Source: Phoronis australis (taxonomy: Eukaryota > Animalia > Phoronida). Taken from it: a DNA stretch of 64,000 nucleotides. Location of the stretch: positions 314,279 through 378,278 of the forward strand of contig NMRA01000392.1 of the NCBI GenBank assembly GCA_002633005.1, written 5' to 3'. Under the pieces are notes generated by a model. That model searched no databases, was not told where the DNA came from, and saw only the letters and a program-made list of their open reading frames with translations. Below, one piece after another: positions 39,360 through 53,208 of this stretch; position 1 is the stretch's first letter; the number at the start of each line of letters is the position of its first letter. A program made the translations under genes and the position numbers.

Positions 39360-42124
39360 GGGAGCATTCACATATTACGTCATTCAAAATTTGCCACTTT
39401 TTACCCCTTCCCCCCTCTGTCTTCACCCGTCACCATGATATAACTCCCCCCCATCCAGCCTCTAAATATGTTATTGCAGACATTACCCCCTCCCCACCTT
39501 CCTAGTTTTGAAAGAACTGACATTTCATTGGATATTCCGTCTTTATGATTCGCTTTATAATCGTAAGTTGCATTTGCCACTGTTGTGCTCCTCAATGAAG
39601 TAAAGTTTGCCATTTCAACTATCAAACCAAAAATAATGAATTTTTTCATTAAAAAGTACACCAGGGGAGTGAGGATAGGACAGCAAAAACAAAAAGTTTT
39701 AATATTTTTGCGCTACCTGGTGGCCACTTTAAATTTTATAATACATTTTTGTCATTAGCCTCTCTATCCCCTAAACAACTCAAAGGATCGTTATGAACAT
39801 TGGCAGATTTGTTCATGGTGAGAAGACTGCAACTGACATTGATTTTCAGATGGGTTTAACTGTTCTGGTGCCACCTAGGGGCAATTTTGGTTTTTGAGTC
39901 TATAGCTGTATTGGTGGATCTTTTTGAAATTTGACAGATGTGTTCCTATGGAGATGGCAACAGATGATAATAACTTTTAGACCAATCCGACTACAGCTGT
40001 GCCCCCTAGTGCATGGCAGTTTTATATTTTTTATGTTTGCCTCTGTTATTTGAATTATGGGTGGACTGTCGTGAAATTTGGCAAATAGGTTTCGTTTAAG
40101 GAGACAACGATGCCTTTTCATTGTCTGGTGGATTTGACATATTCTGCACCTCCTACTGGCCATTCGAGTCCGTTTTTGGCGTCCACCTCTTTATCCGACA
40201 AACTGTTCAAAGGATTATTATTAAACTTAGCAGTTGCTTCTGATGAAAAGACCATGGCTGACGCTGATCTTGAGATGGGTCTGAAAATGTGGCGGCCTCT
40301 TGTGGTGATTTTGTACTTGTACGACCACGGCTACCTGTATTGGTCGACTAAATGCGACAATGACTGCCTGAAACTTTTTGAACGGCTCTGACTGTAATGT
40401 TCTGCGTTGGACAGACAAAATCAAAGTCCGAGTTTGACGAGATGATTTTATTTACTAATTCCACTTGGAACCTCAGTGAAAACTTTGAATCCTTGTGAGA
40501 ACCGTGTGAGAACTGTAAATCTATGAAAATACACAAAATACTCTAAATACATGACAATATTATATAAAACCGAATCTAAATTAAATTGTTAACAATAGTC
40601 ACTCTAAGAAACTAGTCAAAATTACTCAAATCTAAATGAATCGGTATATGAACTTTAAATCACATTTTACTAAACCAACATTTATCTTAAAACGTAGTAT
40701 ATCTTAGAATATTTCATAGCTCATAAACTCTAATGAGACTTACAGAAATTGCTCCCTTTGATCTTATCCACGCATGAACATCCAATTCTTGTTTTGTGTA
40801 TCAGTATGATCCTTGTCAGTGACTGAATACACTCCTTGAGACTCTACAGACTCGGTGATCTGCCTAAAATACTTGATTCTCCAAAGTTACTGAGCTTCCT
40901 CGTCTCCTAACTTTTTCTTTTGAGAATGACGCTTATGTTTGCTCCAGAAATATTTATACTCTAAAATATGACTAAACATCACATGGACACTGGTCAAGGC
41001 ATAAGTACATCGGTGTGGGTGTTTCTTAGAATCAACCCACCTAAAACTGACCACTCCAAAACATGTTTTGGTGACCGTATCCTGTTTGTCAGAACTGCAC
41101 TGAGAACTTAACAGAACTAAGGCTTTTCTGAAGAAATTGCGCAATACTCAATTTACCACAACAAGTTGTTTACAATACCAAGTCCCGTTCTAGAATATTT
41201 GTGACTTTCAAAATAGTTAACTGATATTAACTAACACATTTGTTCATAAATTTAATCATCGATTTATAATAAATCGTTACATAATTCTAACATTTTTCAT
41301 CAAAAATGTTACACTGACTACTGTAGTAGGCTACACCATAGTGGCAACTTTAGTTTCTACGTTTGCCTTTATATCTTTGGGGTCCCTTAGTACTTTTCAC
41401 CAATTTTAGCAGTTTTGTTATAGATAAACGCCTTCCAGATTTTAGATGATGCAAGGTATTCTGTGCCATGCAGTGATCATTTTTATGATACTAAAAACAC
41501 CCTTGAAGCACACCGTTTGCAGTGCATCAATGGGTGCATTTCAACACTCAGCGTTGCTCTTGTTATCTTAAGTTACAACACTATCGACTTCGTTTACTCT
41601 GTGGCCAGTCTCCCCTGAATCGGCAATCTGCAGAGCAAAATTTGAAATTTATTAATGAAACTTGAGGTGTTGTATGAGAGCAATGTGAAACAATTCTGCC
41701 ATATTTTAATTTAATCTTGCAAAAATAAATTCTGTCACAACACTGCATGTATGCGCAACAAGCTCACAATGTAAATCCCGTCTCCAACAAAACATGACCA
41801 CTCCATTCGCTGGACATTCTGATCATGCCCTTATGTGTGTCGTCACTGTGATGATTTTCAGTGAGTAGGCAGTGTGCCTGTTCATAAGGTAAGCTTAGTG
41901 AAATATCATCAAATCATGGGAGAATGAAAAAGCAGGTCCCGGTGCTAGGTGATCCAGTTTCCCAACGATATGTACTGTAAAGGAGATATTCTAATGAACC
42001 CACATGACTGTTGACGTCACTATGAGTCTAACCCCCCTCCCTACTGTCATAAATGGTCATCTTTTTGGAATGCCTTCCCCCATGCCTTCCCCCTCGAGTG
42101 ATGATGTAATATGTAAACGCTCCC
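39360..42124. mobile_element. Harbinger-like element expanded by nested insertions
   Basis: TTA|GGGAGCATTCACATATTACGTCA ... TGATGTAATATGTAAACGCTCCC|TTA; contains a reverse HINE-like copy (about 39700-41564). Confidence 0.7.
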
Positions 42125-43112
42125 TTAGTCTCTAATATGGTGTCTAAAACTGAAGTAACATAGCCCTTGGTATCAAAGGAAAGTTTGTTTGCAGACGAGT
42201 CTTGGATGTACATTTGGAAAATATCATTTTAGGGATCAAAAATCAAGTCATATGCCTTGACATATATTTGGGAGATTGGATATGCTCTCAGTGAGGCATA
42301 GATCAATACCCTAGGAAGGCCCAAATTGAAACGTAAACTCAAAACACTGGGGTATCTAAAGATGAACCATTCTGCAGACAACTTGGGAATGAATGTGTGC
42401 GATAGATGACTTTGCTGAACTCAATGACATTTGGGTTTGTCGTCGCATCACAGGATTGATGGTGCCCAGTGAAACATGTTATCCTCTTTTAAATGTATTT
42501 CACGAATGTTTAGAATATTTGTGATAGCAACAATGTTTCTGCTCATGCCACAGTGAATTTTTAGTAATCAAAAAATTAATTACCTTTTTACTCTTTAAAA
42601 TCAGGGCACTGAGATTTGTAGCTTGATGTTAATATTATTCCACCTCAAATTGGGAAGCTATGTGGTAAATTTTGATAAATCAAGTTGCAGCCTGCATCAG
42701 GGAACTATTTTGAAGTACATGCATTCATTAGGTCTGCATTTCCACTGCATTTTGTAACTTTTGAGCTGCCAATAACAAATTATGAACAATTAAGCCACTT
42801 AATTAAGGTTATAACATTGCTTTCATAATATTCCTTGTCATGATAGGATTTGATTTCCATTAACAAGAACATCGAAACATCAGTCACCCAAGAAAACATT
42901 TCAGAGTTTATCAGAGTTGGCCAATCTTGAAATTGCAACTTGGAAAATGACACATCTACACATTACCTGAGACTTGAGTTGTCTTCTCGTTCATCAACAG
43001 TTCAGGATCGGGTGACCTTGGGTAAATATTTTTGATATTGACGGCTAAATGTCATGTTGTCCCTTTTAAGTAGGTGACATGAAATAAAGAAAAAGTAAAC
43101 TTTTGACTTCAG

Positions 43113-43295
43113 GTCCCTGATAGCTTCAGAGCAGTGGTTCAGCTAACACTTCGGGAGTTCTTCAAGTCAATCTCCACTGGCAAGGATATTGAGCAGTCAT
43201 GGAAGAAACAGATTTACAAGGTCATAGCGCGCCAAGATGAGCCAGTGCCAGAATACTTCAAGTCGGTCAATTGGATGGAGCAGTTGGCAGATTAA
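43113..43295 (+). CDS. pros: Prospero domain terminal coding exon (not in ORF track)
   Basis: Acceptor ttttgacttcag|GTC; [60 protein letters not shown], then TAA at 43293-43295. Confidence 0.95.
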   Translation, partial: VPDSFRAVVQLTLREFFKSISTGKDIEQSWKKQIYKVIARQDEPVPEYFKSVNWMEQLAD

Positions 43296-45199
43296 CGTTT
43301 CAGTTGCTCAACAGGGAGTGGTATGAGGTTCTAAGTCTGTAGGGTATTAACATGTCACAGTGGTCAACACAAGGTTTATGAACTTCCAGCTGGAGCTAGT
43401 CTTGGGTATTTGTAATGGTAACCGCTCTGACATGGTCTCTCAGCCTCCTAAGTATGTCTCACCTTTCTAGAGCTTTCTGTCTCATGCAAGAGTTCTCTGT
43501 ACTATCATAAGTGCGTCTTTAATTAAGTTATAGCAGAACCAGGAACTAGTTCAGCTTTTGTCCAAAAGGTGTTCTCTTATTCAGACCAGGTTGGAGTGAA
43601 CACTACTGTCAATGTCTATAATTTTTATGGACTGCAGTGTATGCTGGTTGAATTTAAGTCGTATTGGTGCCTAGGAATGTTGTCGTTGTCTTATAAATAT
43701 TCTTCATTTACAATCAAAGTGCGAACACGTGCATAAGATTTCAAAATGGGTGCATAGTAATGCTTTAACTATCTAGCAGTTGTCGTCATTGGTGCTATAA
43801 ACTCTACCACTCAGTGCAATATTATATCAGGTGATATCAAACATGTGTTAGGTCATGTAATATTCTGTTCAGTAACAATATCGGGATACCGTTAGTTTAT
43901 GATTGTCTGACGTTAAGTTTAGTGGTAAAGTAACCCCATGTGTTTGTAACCCATCCAATGCATGCTAGTTATATTGCAGATATATGGATTACCATTATTT
44001 TATCTACGTTTTTGTGCAGTAGTTTCATCAAATTGTTAGCCATCAGTATCTCATGATACCCTAGATTGCTAATGTAAACTTTTGTTTATACTATATCTAC
44101 CTGTACTTGTAATATCTTAGCGCTAGGAACACCCAGCACATATTATATTATTTACACATTGTTTCTCACATTCTTCATGTATGTGTTGTACTACAACACG
44201 TTGCCAGTACTTTTGTGTATTTAATTGTGCAGTTTGATGAGTCACGGTCCTGTTTCCTAGTATGCATTAATTTTGCATCCAGTTTCTTTGTGGAGATATA
44301 GCAGGGGTTGGAAGCAACATGAATGCCACAGTCATGGACATTTTAAAAGCTCCTCACTTACAAACATGGCTTGCGGGCCTGATAAAACTCATTTCGGCAA
44401 CTGACAGACTCATGCTGGAACTCATAAGTACGGATCACAGACTGCCCAATATGGTACCAAACTCACTTATAAATATGGTTTGCCCACCTAAAAATAGTTC
44501 GCTACAAACTTGTGGCAGGACTCACAAACGCGGTGCACGGACTCCATGTTTGCCTGGGTGGTCACTGAGGTGAGTTTGTGGGTCAGAAGACATTATTGGA
44601 TGCACAAGCCATGTCTTGCAAGTTAAGGTGTTTGTGAGTGGGTGTACAGACTTGGAGGTCCACGAGCCTCATTGTTTTCACCCATTGTATGCGTGCCTTA
44701 AAACCTGTTAATGGTTGTATTTATGGCCTCAACGGTGATATTATGCTTTGTCAGTGTACATTATGAATATGCAACAGATTTCTGTAAATTATTTATTGAA
44801 TGTTAAATGCTTTATCATGTAAATATTTGGTTATGCGTCAACATTTACCAATGATATTTGTATACCGTGTGGAATTTGATTGTGTATTTCTGTCTTAACT
44901 TATTTTTAATGAGTAAAGGTTCAGGGAAATATTTGTGAAGAAGCTGTACACTATTTTAGTAAATTCAGTGTAGTTTATTGCAGTTCGGGGCTTAATTTGT
45001 TGAGGTAAAGATGTCTGCAAAAAAGAATATATTGTGTTATTAATTTATACTTTAGCTTGAAAGCTGGGAATTTTGTGGTCTATAGAAAGAGTTGTTATTA
45101 AAATACTTTGTGCTTGCAATTCTATATACTGTCATTGGGCTATAGGCACTTTTGCTGACTGATAATGTGAATAATGTGTCCTTCAATTCCTTAATCAGT

Positions 45200-45205
45200 A
45201 ATAAA
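45200..45205 (+). terminator. Candidate poly(A) signal of prospero (3'UTR about 1.9 kb)
   Basis: AATAAA at the end of a T/TG-rich stretch downstream of the stop codon, followed by GT-rich sequence. Confidence 0.45.
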
Positions 45206-45392
45206 TTAATATTGTGTCATAGAAAAGCCTTAATTTTGCTCAACATTGTTGGTCTGCATGTTTTCTGCTGTTAAGCCAATTAATCTGTAATGATTTCATG
45301 AGAAACTCGCTTTCATTTTTAGTGGCCCCACAAAGTGGCTGTACGGCAAACTACACATTCATGGGCAAAGATATGAAGAAAGACAACTTCAC

Positions 45393-45403
45393 TTTAATTT
45401 ATT
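45393..45403 (-). terminator. Candidate poly(A) signal(s) of the MIEN1-like gene
   Basis: Plus-strand TTTAATTTATT reads as overlapping AATAAA/ATTAAA on the minus strand, downstream of the SECIS. Confidence 0.5.
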
Positions 45404-45966
45404 GCAAGCTGTGGAGCATGACTACAGGAAACAGAAAAAAATAAAATAAAATTTCAAGAAGCAAGATCATTGTGTTCCAGTTTCACAAGCTTTTAAATTT
45501 GGTATTGGTTTAAGTGCAAAAACTTCTCCATGTCCATTGCATTAGTTTTACCTGTTGCAAGTGCTCAAGGGGGAACCAGAGCTTCGGTTTTCAGTCTGTC
45601 CTATTCGCATACATAAAACAATAGTTACAATATTTCCTGATTACACAGAGCACACACATAAGAAGCATTGATGCATTTATCAGTTTCCACATAAACTTTC
45701 TATTACAAATTTGGGTATCAACTTACACATTTCCATTTAATCAAAATAAATATTTGAAGGAAGACAAATGCTGAGCACACAACACAAGCCCAAGTTTAAA
45801 AGAATTATTTTGTAATTTTCAAATAGCACGATTTCTCGACAGAAAATGTATAACAAAACATCATACCTTGATAGTTTCATTTTAACACAACACGTCAACA
45901 ATATACAGATATGTGATCATGTGACTCACTCCACCCAATCATCAACACCGGTGTGCTATGAACTGC

Positions 45967-46025
45967 ACCATAAACCATCCAACTGAGGGCTGGCTGAGTT
46001 TCACCTCCAGTCATCATTACACGGT
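45967..46025 (-). promoter_or_regulatory. SECIS element in the 3'UTR of the MIEN1-like selenoprotein
   Basis: Minus strand ACCGTG-TA-ATGAT-GACTGGAGGTG-AAA-CTCAGCCAG-CCCTCAGTT-GGAT-GGTT-TATGGT. Helix I is ACCGUG/UAUGGU, the core is AUGAN/NGAN, helix II is GACUGGAGG/CCCUCAGUU, and an unpaired AAA lies 11 nt above the core. About 0.9 kb downstream of the stop codon. Confidence 0.85.
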
Positions 46026-46935
46026 CAGATCAAAGTACACATGCTCTTATGGTTGGCATGGAAAGGCGCTTCATCAGTAACTGAACCCAGGACAAGTGTA
46101 AACCCATCCATCACCACGAGCGACAAGAAGAAGATTAAATTCAATCCTCACTGGAATTGAGTATTCAAATCCAAACCAGTGTATAAATAAAGCAGATTCA
46201 ACTAACTTCATGTTGTTCCCATCTCAAATTTCAAGACTTTTTTGTAGATATCCAAAAAGTTCAGGTATAGTTTGCCTGTTTTTCACCAAAAATAGCATCC
46301 AAGTTAAATGCCATATCACAAGACACAGAGTCCAAATACATTAGACTAAGACCTGTACTCGAGGCAAATTCCCGACTTGATCAAACTCTGCAAGCCTGTT
46401 TCATTAAAAGCCTTTAGTCCAGTCACAGTTAAGATGGTCATATCTTCATTTTTATTGACCAACTATTGGGGAACATGGTTATAAAGGAAGGCTTTCAATT
46501 AGAATGTGAACTATGGTGATCATATTTTCAATAACAGCAAAATGCAATGTCGCATTCGCAGTCTCAAGTAAGAACAAACTTTTAAAAGATGTTTGATTAA
46601 ATGGGCCCTCCTACATGTGTGTCAATACTAAGAATGAATGCTCCATTTTATACAGAGGGCCCAGCCTCATCGTGGCCTGTACAATCCCTCTGCTCCTCAT
46701 TTCTCATGAAAACGGGTATATCCCCAACCGCAGAATGCCATGCTGCACACATCAAGACTATTAACGTAACATGCGATACTCTCAAAGGTGCACTTCTCAC
46801 AGTAACAGCAGCAAGTATTTACTTCCAGTTAGAAATCTGCCTCGGCATGGCAATAGAAAAGGACTTTCATGACATTTAGTGAACTTATGACACAGCCCAC
46901 TCAAGGTTCAATTACTGATGCTGTTACACTGAGCA

Positions 46936-47022
46936 TTATAATATTGTACATCCTGGAGCCACCGAGTCTTTGATCTGTTCTGGCTCAAGACCCTTTGATG
47001 CTTCGTCAATGGCTGACATTAA
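46936..47022 (-). CDS. MIEN1: MIEN1/SelW-like selenoprotein, last coding exon with CAAX box
   Basis: tttttgttcattttag|TTA ATG ... TGT ACA ATA TTA TAA = LMSAIDEASKGLEPEQIKDSVAPGCTIL*. It parallels the human MIEN1 C-terminus, which ends in CVIL. Confidence 0.92.
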   Translation of the reverse strand, partial: LMSAIDEASKGLEPEQIKDSVAPGCTIL

Positions 47023-47689
47023 CTAAAATGAACAAAAACAAACACTCAGACTGTCTAGCAGCTGTAATTAACCGTGACTCTTGACTCGAAATATGCAGAT
47101 TTTTCATATAAAAAACACACATTATGAGCAAAAGACACCATAACGTACCTTTCATGATCTTTTTGTGAAGTGTCACTTTTTGTTTTGAACACGGATTTTA
47201 ATTGCTCCTCTGTCAAAGTTTACAGAGCACAAACCTTGGTTTGTGAAGACACTGACCATTTCTTTTATCCACTTTTTCCACAAAATATTCAGTCTACTCC
47301 ACGCTCCATGTATTTTTGACCACAGAATCGCACTATTTGTCACCGCAATTTTGTAACAAATGCAGACGCCATTGATGAACTACGCTATCACAGGCACAGG
47401 CACTTGAATTTATCTATTCCTCCATTGCCACTGACATCACTCACTATTAAGAAAACATGTTTCTCATTATATGGTTACGAGTCATCAGAAAATTCGAGCG
47501 CCTGTGATCAGCAACTACAATTTTAAAACATAACGAGCAGTTTCCACTTTTCGAGTTGTCAGCAACGCCGCGGCGAGAAACCAATTTACCGCGATAATTT
47601 ATGGCAAATCCGATTTTTCCGCGGAAATATAACAAAAATACGCGGATCGAATAAAAGGAAAAAGTGGAAATCCGCGTTTCTGCGGACAA

Positions 47690-48039
47690 TTCTAAGCCTT
47701 GTGGGAGATACAGCCATGGGCACAAAAGCAAAAAAAACTGCCACAAAGAGGCGCCACAGTAGTCATCTCATTGATAGATGCCTAACTGCCAAATTTTATG
47801 AAAATCCAATGAGGACCTCTGAAGATACAGAGTTAGCGTAAAAAATAACATTGCCACTAGGGGGCACACCCGTAGTCAGAGAGGTTCGAAAATCGCTGTC
47901 ATCTCCATATGAACACATCTGCCAAATCGCATCAAGATCCAGGGAGGGGTTTAGAGATACAGCTGTTGCGGACGCCAGACGCCCAGACAGAGATGACGGC
48001 AATATGCATCCACATATAAATATGTGGGCACATAAAAAA
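47690..48039 (+). mobile_element. 3' fragment of the HINE-like family
   Basis: Matches about 54400-54711: ttgccactagggggcac, gacgcc repeats, gacagagatgac, atatgtgggc(a/g)cataaaaa. Confidence 0.7.
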
Positions 48040-48104
48040 GCTTCAATTCCTTTACACTTACTTTCATATTATAAAAATCATGTCAAAATGTCATGTCAAC
48101 ATAC

Positions 48105-48181
48105 CTTGTCCTTGGGTGGAAAGCCATGCGTCACGAGTTTGGAGAACACCAGCTTCCCATTGATGCAGATTTCAAAAGAGG
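48105..48181 (-). CDS. MIEN1: MIEN1/SelW-like selenoprotein, middle exon
   Basis: cattttcag|CC TCT TTT GAA ATC ... GAC AAG|gtatg = (S)SFEICINGKLVFSKLVTHGFPPKDK, which matches the Rdx-family FEI.ING.LVFSKL..GFP motif; phases are compatible. Confidence 0.93.
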
Positions 48182-51037
48182 CTGAAAATGACCATGTGAT
48201 GAGCTAATTAATAGAAATATTCACTGCATGTCATTACACTGGTATCTCTCAAACTTGACAGCATCAGCTTGTATCCTCAAAAAACTGAACTAGCCAAATG
48301 GCAGCAGACATTGGACTTAATTTGTTCTCAAATAATTCATTCAAGTGCCTCAACCTGATTGTCACAAAGCCCAACTTTCAAAATTACCTGACAGTAGTGC
48401 CAATACCATCTCTGGAGTTTATGGTGCAGTAAAGTTTCTTCAAAATTAGAACACAGCATGACGGAATGGTAAATTTTATTTCATAATTTTTTTTCAACAA
48501 GAAACAAGATTAAACAAGAAGACAACTTTGCGACAATGTTTGAAAACTTTTTAGTATGGCTGTCATGAAAAAATACAATGAAACTTTGAACATTTTTAGC
48601 TATACAGTATAGTTTTCTCCATGACCGCTTTAATGGATCACTTTATGACCTGTTTGATTTTTCCTCCGACCTGTTTAGTAGCATACGACACAATTTTTTT
48701 TTATTTTGTGTGTTCGCAATGATATGCATGCTCTGCATACTGTCTAAATTGTTGTAAACACGACCTGTTTGAATTTTTGAAGGTAGAGAACACTGCAGTG
48801 AGCACCTGAAATACGAAAAAAGTTACAGTTTTGTCCATTATTTTTGTTCGAATATGAGGAAACTTTACCACAACTCTGCAGTTACTTTGTACCAACATAA
48901 TTAGCAAAATCTTCATTTTTCGAAGGCAGGTTACTTTGCTACAAATAGTGGAAACTTCACCAAATGTTGTTTTATGACATCTCCACAGTTCTATTAATAA
49001 ACTAGAATTTTTTAACCTTTACTTTTTGTGAAGAAATTCAATAAAATAGAATTCCACTTGACAGCCATACCGGGTAATAAGACACTGACGAAATACCATT
49101 AATCATTTTTTTCAACTCCAAAAGAACAAGTTAATAAACAAGAGCAATGCAGAGCATTGAAATGCGCCCACAAATGCATCCCAAATAGTGTGCTTTTAGG
49201 ATTCCGTTATTTATTTGTATCATAAAAACGGCTACTAGAAAGCGCACAAATGTACAATCCATCAAAAAATGGACACATGCCATAGTTCATAGAAATCTAT
49301 CAAGGAACTCATTCAGGGAAACAACGTCAAACAGAATAAAATGAAATTGCCACTAGTGGGCACAGAATCCGATGGACCCGCCTGAAAGTCGACATGCTCT
49401 GTTGTTATCTTAATATAGTTATTGGCGCGAAACAAAACAAAACTACTACTAGGAGGCGCTACAGTAGTCAGTCGCCATCATCAAACGTCCTCTTCACACT
49501 GACATTTCAATTTTCAAAACCATCCCTAGAAGGATTTGGTTGACAGAGGGGTGGATGCCAAAACCAGAGATTCCAAACAGCAAATAATGGCCACTATGTG
49601 GCGCAAAATACCTTAATTCCATCCCAAAACAGGAGAAAAGCGTCATCTCTTCAATAGATGCCGATATTCAAAATTTTATGAAAATCTGTTGAGGACCTTT
49701 GAAGATACAGAGGTAAACGTAAAAAAACTAAAATTGCCACTAGGGGGCACACCAGTGGTCAGATCCATCTGAAAGTCATCATTGTCCGTGGTCAACATCA
49801 TATTAAGTAAAGATCCTGCAAACTGTTCAAGTTAGGAAATTCAGCCAAGGGTGTAAAAACCCTGCCAACAGGAGGCGCCACAGTAGTTGAAGTCGTCGGA
49901 AAATCATCGTCAGCCGTCCACTTCATAGTTAAAGGAGAATGCCACCCAAAAAACGACGTATTTTGCATCAATTTAGATCGAGTAGTTCTACTCGATAACG
50001 GCAGGTTCGGTTGCATTATCTGACACCTGACAACAGACGAAGGTGTTGAAATTGACCTATCGCCAGGATTATGACGGACGGCTTAATTGACCAATCAGAA
50101 CGCAGCATTCTTGGCACACCTTCGTCTGCTTTTCTAAGCCGCCATTTTACCAGACAAACCACACGTGGTCGAGTAAAACTTACTCTAGACTATAGCTCAA
50201 GAAATTGTCCGCTAAGAATGGGGAAGCAGTGTTGATATGGCGTGTGTACCACCGACAGCCGTTATGCTGCTCCAGAATAATATCCCGAAAAATGATGTTG
50301 AAAAGCATAAACTATGAATCAAACTGTACGGCCACTCGAGCAGCTGAACTTAGCGATGTTGCTTGATAACTCGACAACACAAATATATTAGTTCCAAGAT
50401 ACCCACTTTTCAGCTTGGTGGCTATGGTGCAGGGCTATCTCAGATTATGATTCCCCAGTTTCCTACGTCTGGCCGCCTTTGTCTCGGCACCTGCTGGATC
50501 TCAGCACTCTAGCGGTAGTCCCCAGAAATTGTTGTTTTCAAGGACATTTTTATTTTATGTTTTATTTTATTTATTTCAACCTAATGAACATTATTTTGTT
50601 TTGTATCAGAGGTACATTTTTGTTATTCATAAACCGTAGGCTGGCGTTCAACTGAACTTCTCTTCCAGTCAAAATTCAGAGATTCGATCGGCACATGGAA
50701 GGGCACTGGATTACTGCCGGAACTCAAAGCCTTGGTCGAGCTGTTGTCACTAAAACTAAACTGTTGAATTACTTTTTGACCCGTACCTCTAGTATACAAA
50801 CATGATATTTAGATTTATGAAGCTTTAAAAAAGAATTTGAGTTATTTTTGTAAATACCCTATTTTTGCAACTACCAAACCAGACTTGTAACCTTTTGTAA
50901 CCATACCACGACTTAGTGATCATGCTACCTTCAAAATTAGATGAAAGCTACCTTTATGGAATCATACTACAAAAAATGCCAAGTTCATAAGAAGGTAGGC
51001 CTAATTTAAATGTCTTAATGGTGCAAACGGACAATTC

Positions 51038-51369
51038 CATAGGCGGATTTAGGGGGGGGCAGGGGCCCCAGCCCCCCCCCCCTGGCTGCCGCAAGCAAAA
51101 TGAAACAGCAAGACCATGAAGCGTGAGGAAATATTGAATTCAGTAACTAAGACCGGTAGCGGAAGAGAGGTGCTCAGACCCTAGATCGCGGCTGAATCTT
51201 GTTCCTGTTTTTTTTAGTCCACCGATAGATTTTCTGAACAGAAGGTCCAACGGTCTACACTCCTGGCCCATGGAACTTTCGGGCAGCCTGTGCACATACA
51301 ATCGCACTTTGCCCAATTCCACGAGGCAACATATGTTGGGCCCCCTGTGGTATCCTAGATCCGCCACTG
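51038..51369. mobile_element. Small MITE nested in the Kolobok-like element
   Basis: Termini CATAGGCGGATTTAGG / CCTAGATCCGCCACTG flanked by the direct repeat AATTC; the same terminus CAGTGGCGGATCTAGG occurs at 62800. Confidence 0.7.
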
Positions 51370-51612
51370 AATTCCAGACATTAATTTGACTTAGACACAG
51401 CCCTAAACCCAGTACCGGCGCTAACTGTTTGCCTAGGACGAGATGAGTGTGTACCTGAGCTATGAACCTGAATTTTTTGATCAAAATATTTCGTTACAAG
51501 ATTAGAAAAGCGTAAACAGTACTATCGAGTCGACCTAGTCGGAGAGTGCATGTGTTGTCTGTAATCTATGACCTACTTTACTCCAGGAGTCCCACCAGTT
51601 GTGGCCTACTTT

Positions 51613-52005
51613 TCATTTGGCGAAATTTAGCAGACGACAGATTCTGAATAAAAATATCGGTGAATCTTCACTGATTTTATTCGAAAGATCATAAAATCTA
51701 TGGAATCGTACAGATAATTCGACTTCATACCCAGCTTTACATGAACATATCGTATCAGTGGCCTTGTCATTTGTCAGGTGAAGGTGGTCCCGAGGCCGAG
51801 GTGTTCTTCGGATTTTCGCTGGCTCCTCGAGCACTTACCGGTATTTTTTCATCGTCACCTTTACAAATTCCCATATCATGAACGTACGATTCTCTGTTGA
51901 AAAGCATCGCCTCTTGCCTCTGTCGAAGCGTTTTCAAATAGTGCAAAAACACTCATCAATTCCACCAGGAACGTCGTTTAGCGGCAGTGTATTTGCCTCT
52001 GACAT
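51613..52005 (-). pseudogene. Fragment of a SWIM-zinc-finger-like transposon protein
   Basis: Frameshifted pieces LFNRESYVHD and HLHLTNDKATDTICSCKAG. Confidence 0.45.
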
Positions 52006-53208
52006 CTCGTTCGATTGTCGGGTATCACGTGATTTTTCGCATAGGGGCGGAGCTTGCGATAGGTCAACTATCCAATGACATCATTGGTTTCACTCGCAGT
52101 CTGTTCAGCAGTTCACAACACGGGTTAGTGGTGTCAGCTTATCACTTGAATTCATCGTTTAACACCAATAAATCATCAAACTTCGATGTAAAACCCTTAA
52201 AAATATACCAAGTTCTTATAAAAAAGTGTTGTTTTATTCCGTTGTTACGGATTTACTGGTATTTGAACACACCGTAGCCTACAAAGTTCGGCAGACCAAT
52301 TTACCAAGGTCCGTAGCAGGAGTTTGGGGTCTGTTCGGAGATAAATTCGAAGAATTCTTCCATGAAATACAGACGGGAAAACCTAGATCTGTGTTGTTTA
52401 TACTTGTGATTTTATTTTTTGACTGTTCTAAACACACAAAACACTTGTTATCCCGCCCAGTGGCTCAGAACCCGATCAGGCCCGTCGCGGCCGGACTGAC
52501 TCGTTATCGCGGCCAGTGGCTCGGAACCCGATCAGGCGCGTCGTGGCCGCTGGAATTGGCACGAACATAAACCAGCTTGAGTTGGAAACTAAACCTCCAG
52601 TCACGAAAAGACTATAACAGTGAGCCAAAGAAATAATGTGCACGTAATTATTTATGTAAATTAGCCACGAAACTGAAAATCTACTTGTCCTGGGCAGCGA
52701 AGTCGGGTTCCTTTTTCGACAGACCGTCAGGGCAAAGGTTGTAATGTAACAATGATTAGAATAATGTATTTGTATTACTAAATAAACATTCCCCTAACAT
52801 GTGACAATAAAACTGAGTAATTGCTTCACAACAGCTTTCTGTCAGCTAACACTGAATTAGCATGCGCTCACATGACCTCGGTGCCCGCTCAATTACCTTT
52901 GTTGCCGGCATCAAAAGCCGGTAACGCAGTGGTTTATTCATCGCTGGCTTCTCAAAACATTTGCACTCACAAGCACACCAAGGCATTACAAATTGTATCT
53001 AATGAGACAGACTTTGTTTCTGTTTCATATAAGCATTGGTTAGGATCATTTTAGGATGAGAATAATTCATTTTGAAACAGAACGCAGAATAATAAACGTC
53101 TACACATGGCATGGCAACTCGCCCGGCGCCAATCCCGACTTAGTCAAGAGCTCATCCGACGAAGACGTTAGGTTTCACAGGCTATCAGTTCGAACCGGAA
53201 TACACTAA

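Noticed and set aside
46040-46410. Additional SECIS candidates at other minus-strand ATGA motifs
   Set aside because: No convincing helix II pairing or correctly spaced apical AA.
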